NCBI GenBank assembly: GCA_965204375.1 | Contig: OZ241986.1 | Span: 2,144,001-2,208,000, forward strand | Direction: 5' to 3' | Length of the DNA stretch: 64,000 bases | From: Candidatus Latescibacterota bacterium | GTDB lineage: Bacteria; Latescibacterota; UBA2968 | Shown: in pieces, positions 27,170-37,213 of the stretch | Layout: each line of letters starts with the position of its first letter | Numbering within the stretch: position 1 is the first letter of the stretch | Notes under the pieces: generated by a model | Database searches by the model: none | What the model was told of the DNA's origin: nothing | The model's input: only the letters and a program-made list of their open reading frames with translations | Translations under genes and position numbers: made by a program

Positions 27170-29545
27170 CTATCTCAAAATGTAAAACGTCCCCGTCACC
27201 GTTTGCCCCATACTTTCGGGCGTCAGCGATTCAACGACGTAAAAATAAATTCCGCTGGCCACATCAGGCGAAGTCACATTGCGTTCAATTTGGAACCACG
27301 ATGCTTCTCCTGAACTGGCATCGTCGTGCAGGATTTCACCCACAATATCACCTGCCACATTGAAAATCAACACGCGGCTTTTGGGGGGCAATCCCAGAAA
27401 GCGGATCTTTTTTGAGCTCTGGTAATTATAACCCGATTCCGACAAACTGAACGGATTGGGCACCACGCGCACGCGCTTCTCTGGCCAGGACGGCGCCAGA
27501 CCCGGCTGAAACGGACTGAGATCCAGGTTCACGCGCTGCTCGGGGGCAGAATATCCCCCTTCGAGTCCAGCCTGTAAATGACCCTGCACTTCTTCGGGCA
27601 AATCGCCCATGCTCGACATGCCATTACTCCATGAACTGCGCGGTTTGGCAAAAGCCCGCACATTGTAAAAGTATCGGAACCCGGCAACCGCCGTATTATC
27701 GCGCCACACGTATTGACCGCCCGAATAGTCCCAGGTCGATCCGGAGGTACCTGCGGTGACCGTACCGACGTGCTCCCAGGGTCCAAATTCTTGATAGGCG
27801 GACCGGAACACGCGATATCCCACCACATCGGCATCGCCAAAATCGGGATGCACCGACGACTCGGCAGCAGCGTCCCACGTCAATGTAATCTCGGCATCCT
27901 GATTCACCCCAGGCGAAAACTTCACATCGGGCGGATAATCGGGCAGATCGTACATATTGTCGTACGCGAATTGCGCGGCCTTCAAATGCGCCACAAGAGC
28001 GGCTTCTCCCTTGCTCAATCGCGCCAATCGTTCTTCTACGGGCAGTGGAATATCTTTCAAACAAAATGTCTGCACATCCACTGCATAAGCCGACTGCCCT
28101 TCGCGGGATATCGCCTGCGCGCCTGTCCCGGCGACATAAGCCACCACGATCTTGGCCTTCTCGCCAACAGCCAGATTATACGGTCCAAAAGTGAGTGCAT
28201 TGGCCATGGCATTGACGGTGGTTGGATTGGCATCTGTTGCTCCCGAAAACGTCTCGTAAATGCCCTGCTCAGAATCGCTCTGCAAATTCGGCAAATCCGT
28301 TCTCAAACCCCAGAAATCGCGCGTTTCCCACCATTTTGACGTCCTGGGTTGTTCCCCTACCGGATTGACGTATTTGCCCTGATCATTGGCGTTGAACACA
28401 TGCGACGGCCCGCTATCGCGATAGGCCAATGGTGCAACGCCCACATATTGCGGCGATCTCATTTGCCCGTCGAATACGCCCCCCGGCAACCTCTTCGCAT
28501 TGCCGTGTACGCTTTCAATATAAACGGGTTGTCCGGTATCTTCTTCAGCACGCTGGATACTGTCGCCATCCCACTGATAATTCATCTTCAAATCGACGTA
28601 TTCAGCAGGTCCGTCGTAATTCGGCGCACCCGTATAGCGATATTGATCGTCTTGTGGCTGATATGATCCGGGCATGCCAGATCCGATGCTGTTCCAATTG
28701 CCCTCACCCGACATGCTCACCGTAAAGCCCTGAACAAATGAGAAAAACGCTCCCGTTAGATTATGCCCGGCACCGCCATTCACATCGGCTACACCATCGC
28801 CATCGGAATCACCCGTATTCTCAAATTCCACTTCCAAAATGAAGAAATCGTCAAACCCCTGATAACTCCAGGCCATAGCTTTGCGCGTGATCGTAACGCC
28901 GTGTTTGGTCGTCCACCTGCTAAAAACGATATCTTCTGCGCGGTCGTCCTTATCGGCGTCCATATACTGGCCCCATCGATGATTCAAGACCTCATAGGGC
29001 ACGCCTGTTCTCGGCGCATCGGTTTGCAATGGCGCGCCGGGATACCAGTTGGGCATAATTGCTCCCGCACCCAATCCATGAGGTGGCACATCAACCTGAT
29101 ATCCCCAGTTGGCCTCGGGGCTATTGGCAATATCGTAATACATCGGTGCGATATCCGCCGAAGGTGTCCACGGTCCCGAATACGACACGCCGTATTCGCC
29201 GCCGACATTGGTCAACACCCATATACCTTCTCCTGCCGACAAATTCTGTGCCTCATTTTTTTGCTCGGCCCAGCTAAAACCGTTCTTTTTCCCAAAATAC
29301 TCGATATAGTCTGCGCCGGCCATGTTCAGCATAAGACCATTGCCCATGCCCGGATACGTCAAGCGGGGCGCGCCGCGAGAACTTCGGTCGTCCCAGACGC
29401 CGCCCTGAGTCCCTTCATTGCGGAACCCGGTCCAGAGTTGCCCTCGAGTGAGTTGTCGCAGATTCTGCGTGTCCAGAGAATAGACCTCAAATGCCCACCC
29501 CACAACCACTATCATCAGGACAGCAGCGAGAAATTTCCTGTTCAT
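27170..29545 (-). CDS. Secreted protein with FN3-like region and T9SS-type C-terminal sorting domain
   Basis: Signal peptide; LTW..GYRVFRS..YFY.V.AF; C-terminus VRVVPNPF...IRF.GLP...IFN.AG....W...VASGIYFY.V. Confidence 0.75.
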   Translation of the reverse strand: MNRKFLAAVLMIVVVGWAFEVYSLDTQNLRQLTRGQLWTGFRNEGTQGGVWDDRSSRGAPRLTYPGMGNGLMLNMAGADYIEYFGKKNGFSWAEQKNEAQNLSAGEGIWVLTNVGGEYGVSYSGPWTPSADIAPMYYDIANSPEANWGYQVDVPPHGLGAGAIMPNWYPGAPLQTDAPRTGVPYEVLNHRWGQYMDADKDDRAEDIVFSRWTTKHGVTITRKAMAWSYQGFDDFFILEVEFENTGDSDGDGVADVNGGAGHNLTGAFFSFVQGFTVSMSGEGNWNSIGSGMPGSYQPQDDQYRYTGAPNYDGPAEYVDLKMNYQWDGDSIQRAEEDTGQPVYIESVHGNAKRLPGGVFDGQMRSPQYVGVAPLAYRDSGPSHVFNANDQGKYVNPVGEQPRTSKWWETRDFWGLRTDLPNLQSDSEQGIYETFSGATDANPTTVNAMANALTFGPYNLAVGEKAKIVVAYVAGTGAQAISREGQSAYAVDVQTFCLKDIPLPVEERLARLSKGEAALVAHLKAAQFAYDNMYDLPDYPPDVKFSPGVNQDAEITLTWDAAAESSVHPDFGDADVVGYRVFRSAYQEFGPWEHVGTVTAGTSGSTWDYSGGQYVWRDNTAVAGFRYFYNVRAFAKPRSSWSNGMSSMGDLPEEVQGHLQAGLEGGYSAPEQRVNLDLSPFQPGLAPSWPEKRVRVVPNPFSLSESGYNYQSSKKIRFLGLPPKSRVLIFNVAGDIVGEILHDDASSGEASWFQIERNVTSPDVASGIYFYVVESLTPESMGQTVTGTFYILR

Positions 29546-29563
29546 ATCACTATCCTCCAATTT

Positions 29564-32500
29564 TCAAAATTGAATTTCCAGACCGATTTCCACTTCACGC
29601 GGATTGTACCTGTAGCGCGTGGCTTCTCTCGGATCGCCATACAGCAAAAACTCGGTATCATCTGGCGGGGGTAGCCGCAGCCCGTACTGTATATACGTGA
29701 AATCCGAATCTCGGCTCTCCGTGCTCCTTTCATTGAACAAATTGCTCACCTCTACAAATAACGTGGGGCGCAAATTGCCAATGGCTCGAAAATCTTTGGC
29801 CGCGTACAAATCCGTCTTCATCGCCGTTGCACCCGTGCGAAATTCGCGCGGACCAATGGGTGGTACATACTCAAACGGCTCGCCGCTGAAAATGCGGTAG
29901 ATCATGCTCACGCGCAGACCGCCAAACGGATTAATCGCGCCCATTTTGGGCCCATAAGCCATCGGCGTGGCATAATACAACTGAAGCGACAACTGATTCC
30001 TGCGTTGTCCACCGGTAGGCTCTGCCGAAAAGACCTGCCCATTTGAAGCTGTCCATATCCCGTTCTCATTGGTTTTGATGGGAGGCTGCCACGGACCTGC
30101 ACCTGGCCCCTGTGATCCGGCTTGCTCAGTCCACGACACGATATTCGCCTCGGCTTTCGCGCTAATATCGGCCACCTGTTCAGATGTGAGTGGCACGGGC
30201 CTTTCCGAACCATCGGGTTGCACTTCCCAATCGGTCCAGTAGTGGCCGGCACTAATAAAATCAGCATCGGGAAGCACATACCAGTTCGCAGAGTGTTTTC
30301 CGTAGTGAATGCCGCCCGGGTCGCGCACCCATTCGGCATTGTAGGACAAATTGAACTGGAAATTATTGCTAAACGTCTTTTTCAGCGACAATTCGAGGCC
30401 GCGCGCAGTTTGCCAATAGGTATTGCGTATGGCATTGACCTGAGCGGACTGACCTTTGAGCGGATCGACCCAATAGGAAATATTGTTGCTGGCGTACAAC
30501 CCCTCATCGCGCCGATAGTGTGCCGTAATGCTCGCCGTATAATCGGCCACAAAATTCCAATCCACCCCCATTTCCATACTCGTCGTACGCTGGGGTTTCA
30601 TGCCATCGGATGGCTGCCGCGCCGTGGTATGCACTTCCATAGCATTCCACTTTTCAGTCTCATCAATTATGCCATTGCCGTTGAGATCATTATCTGGCGC
30701 CTCGCTCGAGAACTGCCTGCGATGGGTTTCGAGAAGCACGGGAAAGACATTTGATCGACCAATAAAATAGTGCGCCGCCAGGCGGTCTGTAATCGGATGC
30801 GACAGACCCACCCGAGGACTCAATGCCGTCATCGTTGGCGTCGAACTATCGAGATGATCCATTTCATACCGCGCCCGCGTAAACGTGCTGTACATCGGCG
30901 ATTTGCCCAGCGCCTCTCCCATTGAACCATTGCGCCCAAAATTGTAATAATCCCAGCGCAGACCCAGATTGGCCACCAGACCACCGTACTCGATTTTATC
31001 CTGCACATACAGGTTCAGTGTCCACGGCTTCACATTTTTACCCAGTTCAAAACCATCTGCCACAAACTCGAGAAAACGGCTCTTGGTATTGTCAAAATCT
31101 TCTCGCGTGCGGTGATACAATCGCTGTGTGAGCACCAATCCCGTCTGAATCAAGTGTGACCGATTGACCTGGCTCACAAAATCGTATTTGATGCCGTATT
31201 TCGTATCTTCCTCTTCGGTGTATTCACGCAACAGCGTGGGCAAATTGAAAAAACCCGCCTTATCTTTGCGCACGGCTTCGGTCGCATCCGGCACATCAAA
31301 CGCATCGCGATCGTATTTGTTGTAGAAAAACTTCAGATCGTAATATGTATTTTTGCCCAATGTATGCGTCAACGTCAGCACCTGGAGTTGCCGCGACAAT
31401 GTATAAGTGCCCGAAGCTGAAAAATCCTCGGGAAAGAAAATATTTTGTGCATTATTGCGCGTCGATCCCTGAAACCGATCCGACCGTTGATACATCCCCA
31501 GTGCTTTAACCTTGATATTTGCGCTGGGCCGATACGTCAACGTGCCCTGCATGCGCGGTGGATCGTCCGATACCTGCTCAGCCGCCGGGAACCTGGCCGG
31601 ACTGCGTGCATAACTCACACTGGCAAAATACGAAAAATCGGGTGTGAGCGGTCCGCCCAGCGTACCTTCTAAGCGGTGCCCGCGCTCGTCCGTATAATCA
31701 ACGCGCTCGTGCGCCATACGCTCAACATCGTCAGACGTTCCCAGGATGCGATCTGGTCCTGGATCCATATATGTTTCATTCACCCAATCGGGATTGTCCC
31801 ACTGCACGTTGTCTTCAAAGTTGGGGCTTTCATAAACGTCTCTGCCCCAGTGTTTTTTGCCCGCAGGTGTGAACTTATACTCCACCCGACCGGAGAAATC
31901 GCCCCGGCCCTCTTTTGTCACCACACTCACAATACCGGCACCCGCATTGCCAAATTCTGCATTCATACCGCCGGTTAGCACACTCAATTCCTGAATAGCC
32001 GTAGTGTTCACACCCGTGAGCAAACTCCTATCGACCTCAATCCCATCGATATAATAGCCCACTTGCGTACCCGTCTGCGACCGCGTTGTGCTTCCGCGAA
32101 TGCGATTGGTGCCATCCAGCGCCATACCCGGTTGCAATGCGATCAATTGCGATGTCGATCTCACCTGTGGCACGGCCTGAATATCTGCCGAAGAAACCAC
32201 GTATTTGCTCGTGGTTTTATCCGGCTCCACAGGCGGGCGCTCCGCCACGACAACTAACTCGGCCAATTCCAGACTGGCTTCTTTCAGTGCAAAATTCACT
32301 GTGGATGTATAATCCACAATCACCTGCACGGCTTCTTTCTTCTCTGTGCCATAGCCCACCATCGTCGCCGTAAGGGTGTACAGGCCGGGATCTACAGCCA
32401 GAATTAAATAGCGGCCCTCGGCATCGGTGGTGGCTCCTTTGCGGGTCCCCTCGAGCGTCACATTTGCGCCAGGTAAAGACTCACCCGTGGCGGCATCTGT

Positions 32501-32590
32501 GATGACACCCGTGATTTTACCCGCTGTTGTCGCTATGGCCGATGTATCCATCAGCAACAACAAAATAAATCCCAATATTAACTGCTTCAT
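29564..32590 (-). CDS. TonB-dependent receptor with N-terminal carboxypeptidase-regulatory-like domain
   Basis: GKITG.ITDA.TGESLPGANV, IRG...YYIDG, GG.NAEFGNA..GIV.V.TKEG, LGLRWDY, NPR..IGL.IQF. Confidence 0.92.
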   Translation of the reverse strand: MKQLILGFILLLLMDTSAIATTAGKITGVITDAATGESLPGANVTLEGTRKGATTDAEGRYLILAVDPGLYTLTATMVGYGTEKKEAVQVIVDYTSTVNFALKEASLELAELVVVAERPPVEPDKTTSKYVVSSADIQAVPQVRSTSQLIALQPGMALDGTNRIRGSTTRSQTGTQVGYYIDGIEVDRSLLTGVNTTAIQELSVLTGGMNAEFGNAGAGIVSVVTKEGRGDFSGRVEYKFTPAGKKHWGRDVYESPNFEDNVQWDNPDWVNETYMDPGPDRILGTSDDVERMAHERVDYTDERGHRLEGTLGGPLTPDFSYFASVSYARSPARFPAAEQVSDDPPRMQGTLTYRPSANIKVKALGMYQRSDRFQGSTRNNAQNIFFPEDFSASGTYTLSRQLQVLTLTHTLGKNTYYDLKFFYNKYDRDAFDVPDATEAVRKDKAGFFNLPTLLREYTEEEDTKYGIKYDFVSQVNRSHLIQTGLVLTQRLYHRTREDFDNTKSRFLEFVADGFELGKNVKPWTLNLYVQDKIEYGGLVANLGLRWDYYNFGRNGSMGEALGKSPMYSTFTRARYEMDHLDSSTPTMTALSPRVGLSHPITDRLAAHYFIGRSNVFPVLLETHRRQFSSEAPDNDLNGNGIIDETEKWNAMEVHTTARQPSDGMKPQRTTSMEMGVDWNFVADYTASITAHYRRDEGLYASNNISYWVDPLKGQSAQVNAIRNTYWQTARGLELSLKKTFSNNFQFNLSYNAEWVRDPGGIHYGKHSANWYVLPDADFISAGHYWTDWEVQPDGSERPVPLTSEQVADISAKAEANIVSWTEQAGSQGPGAGPWQPPIKTNENGIWTASNGQVFSAEPTGGQRRNQLSLQLYYATPMAYGPKMGAINPFGGLRVSMIYRIFSGEPFEYVPPIGPREFRTGATAMKTDLYAAKDFRAIGNLRPTLFVEVSNLFNERSTESRDSDFTYIQYGLRLPPPDDTEFLLYGDPREATRYRYNPREVEIGLEIQF

Positions 32591-32611
32591 AATCCTCTCC
32601 TCGTTTGAGAT

Positions 32612-33304
32612 CTACCAGTACAATTTGAACGACGTCCTGAAATCGAACATCGCAATGGGAAATACGCCGGGCAGATCCCACGCCTCCATCGGACGCAAAT
32701 CACCTAAAATCATGTGATAACGTCCGCGGATATCCAGCCCAAATCGCCCCTGTACCACCGTCATTCCCAACCCCAAATTCGCACCCAAAGCCGTATGTTC
32801 ATCCTCTCGGTCATCCAGCATCAGGCCTGCATTCAAAGGCTCTTCTTTTTGCCCCGGATAAATCAGACCAGTGATCCGATCCTGATAATCGTAAAACCCC
32901 GCACCCACAGCGATATAGGGCAAAAGCTGCAAATCACTACCGGACTTGCGGGTATTGAGATACGCCAGCGCATTGATCAAAAAGCTGTTGAGGTTAAACC
33001 GAGAATCCGCATCTGGACTCAAATATTTTTGCTTATCAATGGGCCAGGTAAATGCCAGACCTTCAATCTTTCCGTTATCCATTGTCATGTGATGGTATTC
33101 AAACTCCATCGTAGCGCGCGAACTGACCTGATAATCCAGCACCGCACCATATACCTGAGAAGCTGAATACCGCTCGTGAAACCCCAACACGGGCACACTG
33201 CGGTTAAAAAACACGCCAGCGCCGTATCGAGCCTCCTGGGCAGAAACCGGCACCGCGATCAACAATGCCAGCAGCCACACCTTCAACGTCAAATATCTAT
33301 TCAT
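32612..33304 (-). CDS. Outer-membrane beta-barrel protein (OmpA-like small barrel)
   Basis: Signal peptide, PYIAVGAG, alternating beta pattern, C-terminal aromatic (KLYW). Confidence 0.7.
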   Translation of the reverse strand: MNRYLTLKVWLLALLIAVPVSAQEARYGAGVFFNRSVPVLGFHERYSASQVYGAVLDYQVSSRATMEFEYHHMTMDNGKIEGLAFTWPIDKQKYLSPDADSRFNLNSFLINALAYLNTRKSGSDLQLLPYIAVGAGFYDYQDRITGLIYPGQKEEPLNAGLMLDDREDEHTALGANLGLGMTVVQGRFGLDIRGRYHMILGDLRPMEAWDLPGVFPIAMFDFRTSFKLYW

Positions 33305-33408
33305 AGATATGCCTCCTTTTAACATGTTTTATGCATCAAATATCTCAATGGCTCATATCATATTGCCTCCTTTCCAGGGAGCACAACGGATTATCGCCAA
33401 CCCCCTGC

Positions 33409-34179
33409 TCAAACCCCCAGCTTTTTTATAAACGCCAGATTCTTCGCGTGATCGGCGTTTGGATCATCGCCCGAAGGCGTCTCCAAAACAATATACCCAT
33501 CGTAACCAATCTCGCGCATCGCCGCATCTACCGAATCAAAATCCACGCGCCCGTCTCCCAGTGCCTGTCGGTCCGTATCCTTTGCGTGAATCATCCCAAC
33601 GCCCTCAGCCCCCAACTTCAAAATTTCCTCAGCCGGATCCTGTCCACGCGTCATCGTATTGCCCGTATCGTGATAGACCTTCACCGCAGGAGACCCCACG
33701 CGATCCAAAATCATCACCAGCTGATCCGCGCTAAAGGTCGTCTCCAGATCCAGAATCACATCGTGTTCTTCCGCAACTTCGCCCAGTGCTTTGAACCCAT
33801 TCACCAGTTGATCCCACGTCGCATCCGGCCACTCATCCATATCTCGCGGAAACATCGGCACCAGAATATGCCGCGTATCAACCGCCGCACACGACCCAAT
33901 CACATGCGTCAAAATCTCAACGCCCTCGGCGCGCTTTTCCACTTCTGGCAACGCGGGATGAAATTGCGAAAACACCCCCGGCGACAGTGAAGAAATCTCA
34001 ACACCCGCCGCATCTGCCAATCCCTTCAGCCGCTCTGCCCCGCCATCCTCCCACAAAATATTCTCCCCATAGTCTCGCCCAACACAAAATTCCACCCCAT
34101 CAAATCCAATATCCTTCGCCACTGAAAATACCGCTTCCAGTGGTGCTTTTAACATATTATCTCGAATACCGTATTTCAC
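33409..34179 (-). CDS. Sugar phosphate isomerase/epimerase (xylose-isomerase-like TIM barrel)
   Basis: GFDGVE, LDLET, YHDTGN, IHAKD, LGDG.VDF, YDGY.VLE. Confidence 0.88.
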   Translation of the reverse strand: MKYGIRDNMLKAPLEAVFSVAKDIGFDGVEFCVGRDYGENILWEDGGAERLKGLADAAGVEISSLSPGVFSQFHPALPEVEKRAEGVEILTHVIGSCAAVDTRHILVPMFPRDMDEWPDATWDQLVNGFKALGEVAEEHDVILDLETTFSADQLVMILDRVGSPAVKVYHDTGNTMTRGQDPAEEILKLGAEGVGMIHAKDTDRQALGDGRVDFDSVDAAMREIGYDGYIVLETPSGDDPNADHAKNLAFIKKLGV

Positions 34180-34229
34180 AATAGATCTCCTTTATCGTGT
34201 AAATGTGCGGAAGAACCCTTGAAACGCTG

Positions 34230-35345
34230 TCAACAGAAGATTTCGTCTCCAATATCTAATTGCGGCAACACCGCACACAACACCTTCGCAAAGGCTTGCC
34301 GCTCGGCGGATGGCCCCACGGTCACGCGAATGCAGCGGTCGAGCGGAGCCACGCCCGGCATCCGCACGAAGACCCCGTGCTGCAAAAGCATCTGCATCAG
34401 CCGCCGCGCTCGCTCGCTACTACCCACGTCGAGGGCCACAAAATTAGTCGCCGAAGGCACCGTTTGCAACCCCAATTCCGCCGCCAGCACCGCGTATTCC
34501 CGTCGGCCTTCCTCTACTTGCCGCACCACCGAGCGCACGAACGCATCGTCGCCCAGCGAAGCAAGTGCCCCGGCTTGGGCGATGCGATTGACACCAAAGT
34601 GATTGCGCACCTTGTCGAGCGCGGCCACCACATCGCGGTGTGCCAGCGCGTAGCCGACCCTGGCCCCAGCCATGCCGTGCGCCTTGGAAAACGTCCGCAA
34701 CCGCACCACCTGTGCCCGTTCCACTTCCAGCGGCAACAGGGCATCCTCCGGCGCGAAGTCGATATACGCCTCGTCGAGCAGCAACACACAATCCGGCGGC
34801 AACCCCGCGATAAAATCCCGCAACTCGTCGGCTCGCTGATAGGTGCCCATGGGGTTGTCGGGATTGGCCACGTAGATCAGCTTGGGGCGCACTTTCCGCG
34901 CTTTGTCCAACAGGGCCAGCAAGTCCTCCCGATCCGCGCGATAGGGCACCTTGTGCAACACCGCCCCGTGCCCCTCGACGTGGTAGTTAAACGTGGGATA
35001 GGCCCCCAGCGACGTCACCACCGCGTCGCCCGGCTCGGCAAAAAGGCGCACCAAAAGCCCCAACAGTTCGTCAATCCCCGCACCCAAGACGACCTCTTTC
35101 CGTGCCACCCCGTGCCGCACCGCCAACGCAGAGCGCAGCTCGTATCCCTCTGGATCGTTGTACCAATGCACTTGCTCCACCGCCTCTACCATGGCCTGCC
35201 GCGCCCGCGGCGAGATACCAAAATTGCTCTCGTTAGCCCCAACTCGCAGGGCGAGCGGCTGCCCTTGCTCCCGCTCCAATGCCTCGGGCGGCACAAAGGG
35301 AACGGTCGCTGGCAGGGCGCGGACGATGTGCGTAAACGGCAACAT
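34230..35345 (-). CDS. PLP-dependent aminotransferase class I/II (HisC-like)
   Basis: GANE, ANPDNPMG, LDEAY, RTFSKAHGMAGARVGY, RVTVG. Confidence 0.9.
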   Translation of the reverse strand: MLPFTHIVRALPATVPFVPPEALEREQGQPLALRVGANESNFGISPRARQAMVEAVEQVHWYNDPEGYELRSALAVRHGVARKEVVLGAGIDELLGLLVRLFAEPGDAVVTSLGAYPTFNYHVEGHGAVLHKVPYRADREDLLALLDKARKVRPKLIYVANPDNPMGTYQRADELRDFIAGLPPDCVLLLDEAYIDFAPEDALLPLEVERAQVVRLRTFSKAHGMAGARVGYALAHRDVVAALDKVRNHFGVNRIAQAGALASLGDDAFVRSVVRQVEEGRREYAVLAAELGLQTVPSATNFVALDVGSSERARRLMQMLLQHGVFVRMPGVAPLDRCIRVTVGPSAERQAFAKVLCAVLPQLDIGDEIFC

Positions 35346-35359
35346 GGGTTAAGACCACA

Positions 35360-36733
35360 CTACACCCAATTCTTTGGCCAAGCAAAATGTTCGTTAATAT
35401 TTTCTACGTATTTCATCGGCTCATTGGGTTCGATATTAAACAGCGCATCCAGCACCTCCAACCCGTGCTGGTATGACTTTGTCTCCTTACTTTCGAGCAC
35501 GCCAAACAGCATCATCGACTTATCGCCCGACAAAACCGCTTCGAGCGTGCGCTCCATATTGAGCCAATCGGGATAAATGCACTCCAGCATAATTTTCTTC
35601 GGCAATGGCGGCACGCGCAAAGGCTGAATACCCTTCTTATTCACAATTGCAGGAACCTCTACCGCCACATCGTCGGGAATACCCGGCAACGCCCCGCAAT
35701 TGGGCATATTCACCTGAAACTGACCTTCCACATTGTTCACCAGTCCATTCATAATCGGAATATGCTGCTCGTGCGTCATCTGATCGCCAAACAAATCAAC
35801 CGGCCGAATTTTCTCGTCATAAGCCGCCGCCTTCATCTGCTCGTATTTTTCTGCCTTGCCCGCCAGCACCGCATCGCGCCCGGCTGGCGTATCTTTACCC
35901 CCATTGGGATCGTACCAGTATTTCCGCGCATCCAAATCCGTGTGATACCACCAGCCGCCCCGCCGGGGCGTATCGCCAATGGGCATCAAACCATACATCT
36001 TGTATTGATGAATCGAAGCACGCGACATCTGCGTGGGAATCGCCTTGCCCTCTCGGGCCAACCGCTCCCAATACGCCTCGCTCTCCTCCGCAATCCATCG
36101 ATCCAGCTCTGGATACATATCCTCATTTTCATGGATAAAATCCGTCATCCAGATATTGTGATTCAACCCCGGAGCCTGCCACGTCACCTCATCCGGATCC
36201 AATCCCAACGTACGCGCCACACCCGCATAGCCATAATGCCCGTGACACAACCCACAAACCTTAATCCCCGTCTCCCGCGTCATCAATGTAGTTCCGGCAA
36301 AGACCGGATTACCCGCCAGCAAAGTCCACGCATCGGGACACAGCTTCTCCATATCCTGCGCCACATCCAGCATCAGTTGCAAATTGTGATACTCGGGCAT
36401 CCCGGTTTTATCGTAAAAATAACCGAGCTTCGCCGTCATCTTGCGCCGCCGCTGCATAAAATACTCATTGTGCGTCACCGTTGCCGTATTGATAACAAAA
36501 TCGGCATCCTTTAACGCGGCCTCCCTATCTGTCGTTTTCTCAAACGTCATATCCGCGCTCAAATCCTCGGCATACCGCCGCCCGAGTTCGTAAATCACAT
36601 CGAGCACTTCCTCATTGATATCCATGAAACAAACGTGGCTGCCATTCAATTCCTTTGTCAGACATAAATCCTTCACCAGACCGAGTGAAAACACCACGCT
36701 CCCCGCACCAAAAATCGTCACCTTATTTGCCAT
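35360..36733 (-). CDS. Glycoside hydrolase family 4 (NAD-dependent alpha-glucosidase/galactosidase-like)
   Basis: GAGSVVF, ADFVIN, NP, GLCHG, GLNH; start MANK at 36733. Confidence 0.9.
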   Translation of the reverse strand: MANKVTIFGAGSVVFSLGLVKDLCLTKELNGSHVCFMDINEEVLDVIYELGRRYAEDLSADMTFEKTTDREAALKDADFVINTATVTHNEYFMQRRRKMTAKLGYFYDKTGMPEYHNLQLMLDVAQDMEKLCPDAWTLLAGNPVFAGTTLMTRETGIKVCGLCHGHYGYAGVARTLGLDPDEVTWQAPGLNHNIWMTDFIHENEDMYPELDRWIAEESEAYWERLAREGKAIPTQMSRASIHQYKMYGLMPIGDTPRRGGWWYHTDLDARKYWYDPNGGKDTPAGRDAVLAGKAEKYEQMKAAAYDEKIRPVDLFGDQMTHEQHIPIMNGLVNNVEGQFQVNMPNCGALPGIPDDVAVEVPAIVNKKGIQPLRVPPLPKKIMLECIYPDWLNMERTLEAVLSGDKSMMLFGVLESKETKSYQHGLEVLDALFNIEPNEPMKYVENINEHFAWPKNWV

Positions 36734-36848
36734 TGCACACTCCCTATAAAAACATGTAAAGACAACACTCTCAAATAATTTACGACATAGCATCTAAACC
36801 CGCCAGTCATTCAGAAACGGGTATCATTTAAAAAACAACACGAAGACC

Positions 36849-36877
36849 TTGACGTGGGATTATAGTATATGTATAAT
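36849..36877 (+). promoter_or_regulatory. Near-consensus sigma70 promoter
   Basis: TTGACG-N17-TATAAT, embedded in the AT palindrome-like tatatgtataattatatgta. Confidence 0.75.
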
Positions 36878-36925
36878 TATATGTATTGAAATATGCTAAC
36901 TAATATGAATCGGGAAGGAAACGTT

Positions 36926-37186
36926 ATGAACAAGAAAAAATATGAGCAAGCACCTTCTGATATTGCAGAAGCAATCGAACAGGCAGAAGTAATTCCAGAT
37001 TTTCTGCCGCCACCCGATCAACTTGTCCTCAAAGAAGAGACCGTGCGGATCACACTGAACCTCAACAAAAAGAGTGTCGATTTCTTCAAGCTAAAAGCGG
37101 AAGAAAATGGCATTCCCTATCAGCGCATGATCCGCAAAGTTCTCGATATTTACGCCGAGCGATTTTATAAACCGCTCGAGTCGTGA
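36926..37186 (+). CDS. BrnA/CopG-like antitoxin (no adjacent toxin)
   Basis: DFLPPPDQL...ITL.L....DFFK.KA...GIPYQ.MI..VLD.Y. Confidence 0.8.
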   Translation: MNKKKYEQAPSDIAEAIEQAEVIPDFLPPPDQLVLKEETVRITLNLNKKSVDFFKLKAEENGIPYQRMIRKVLDIYAERFYKPLES

Positions 37187-37213
37187 TCTCTCCGGACCAA
37201 AGCTCTCCCTTAT

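Noticed and set aside
34260-35576. 438-aa plus-strand ORF, and similar long ORFs at 5843-6919, 8574-9875, 18316-19425, 24419-25438, 43811-44914 and 49443-50378
   Set aside because: Antisense shadows of well-supported minus-strand genes; no recognisable motifs
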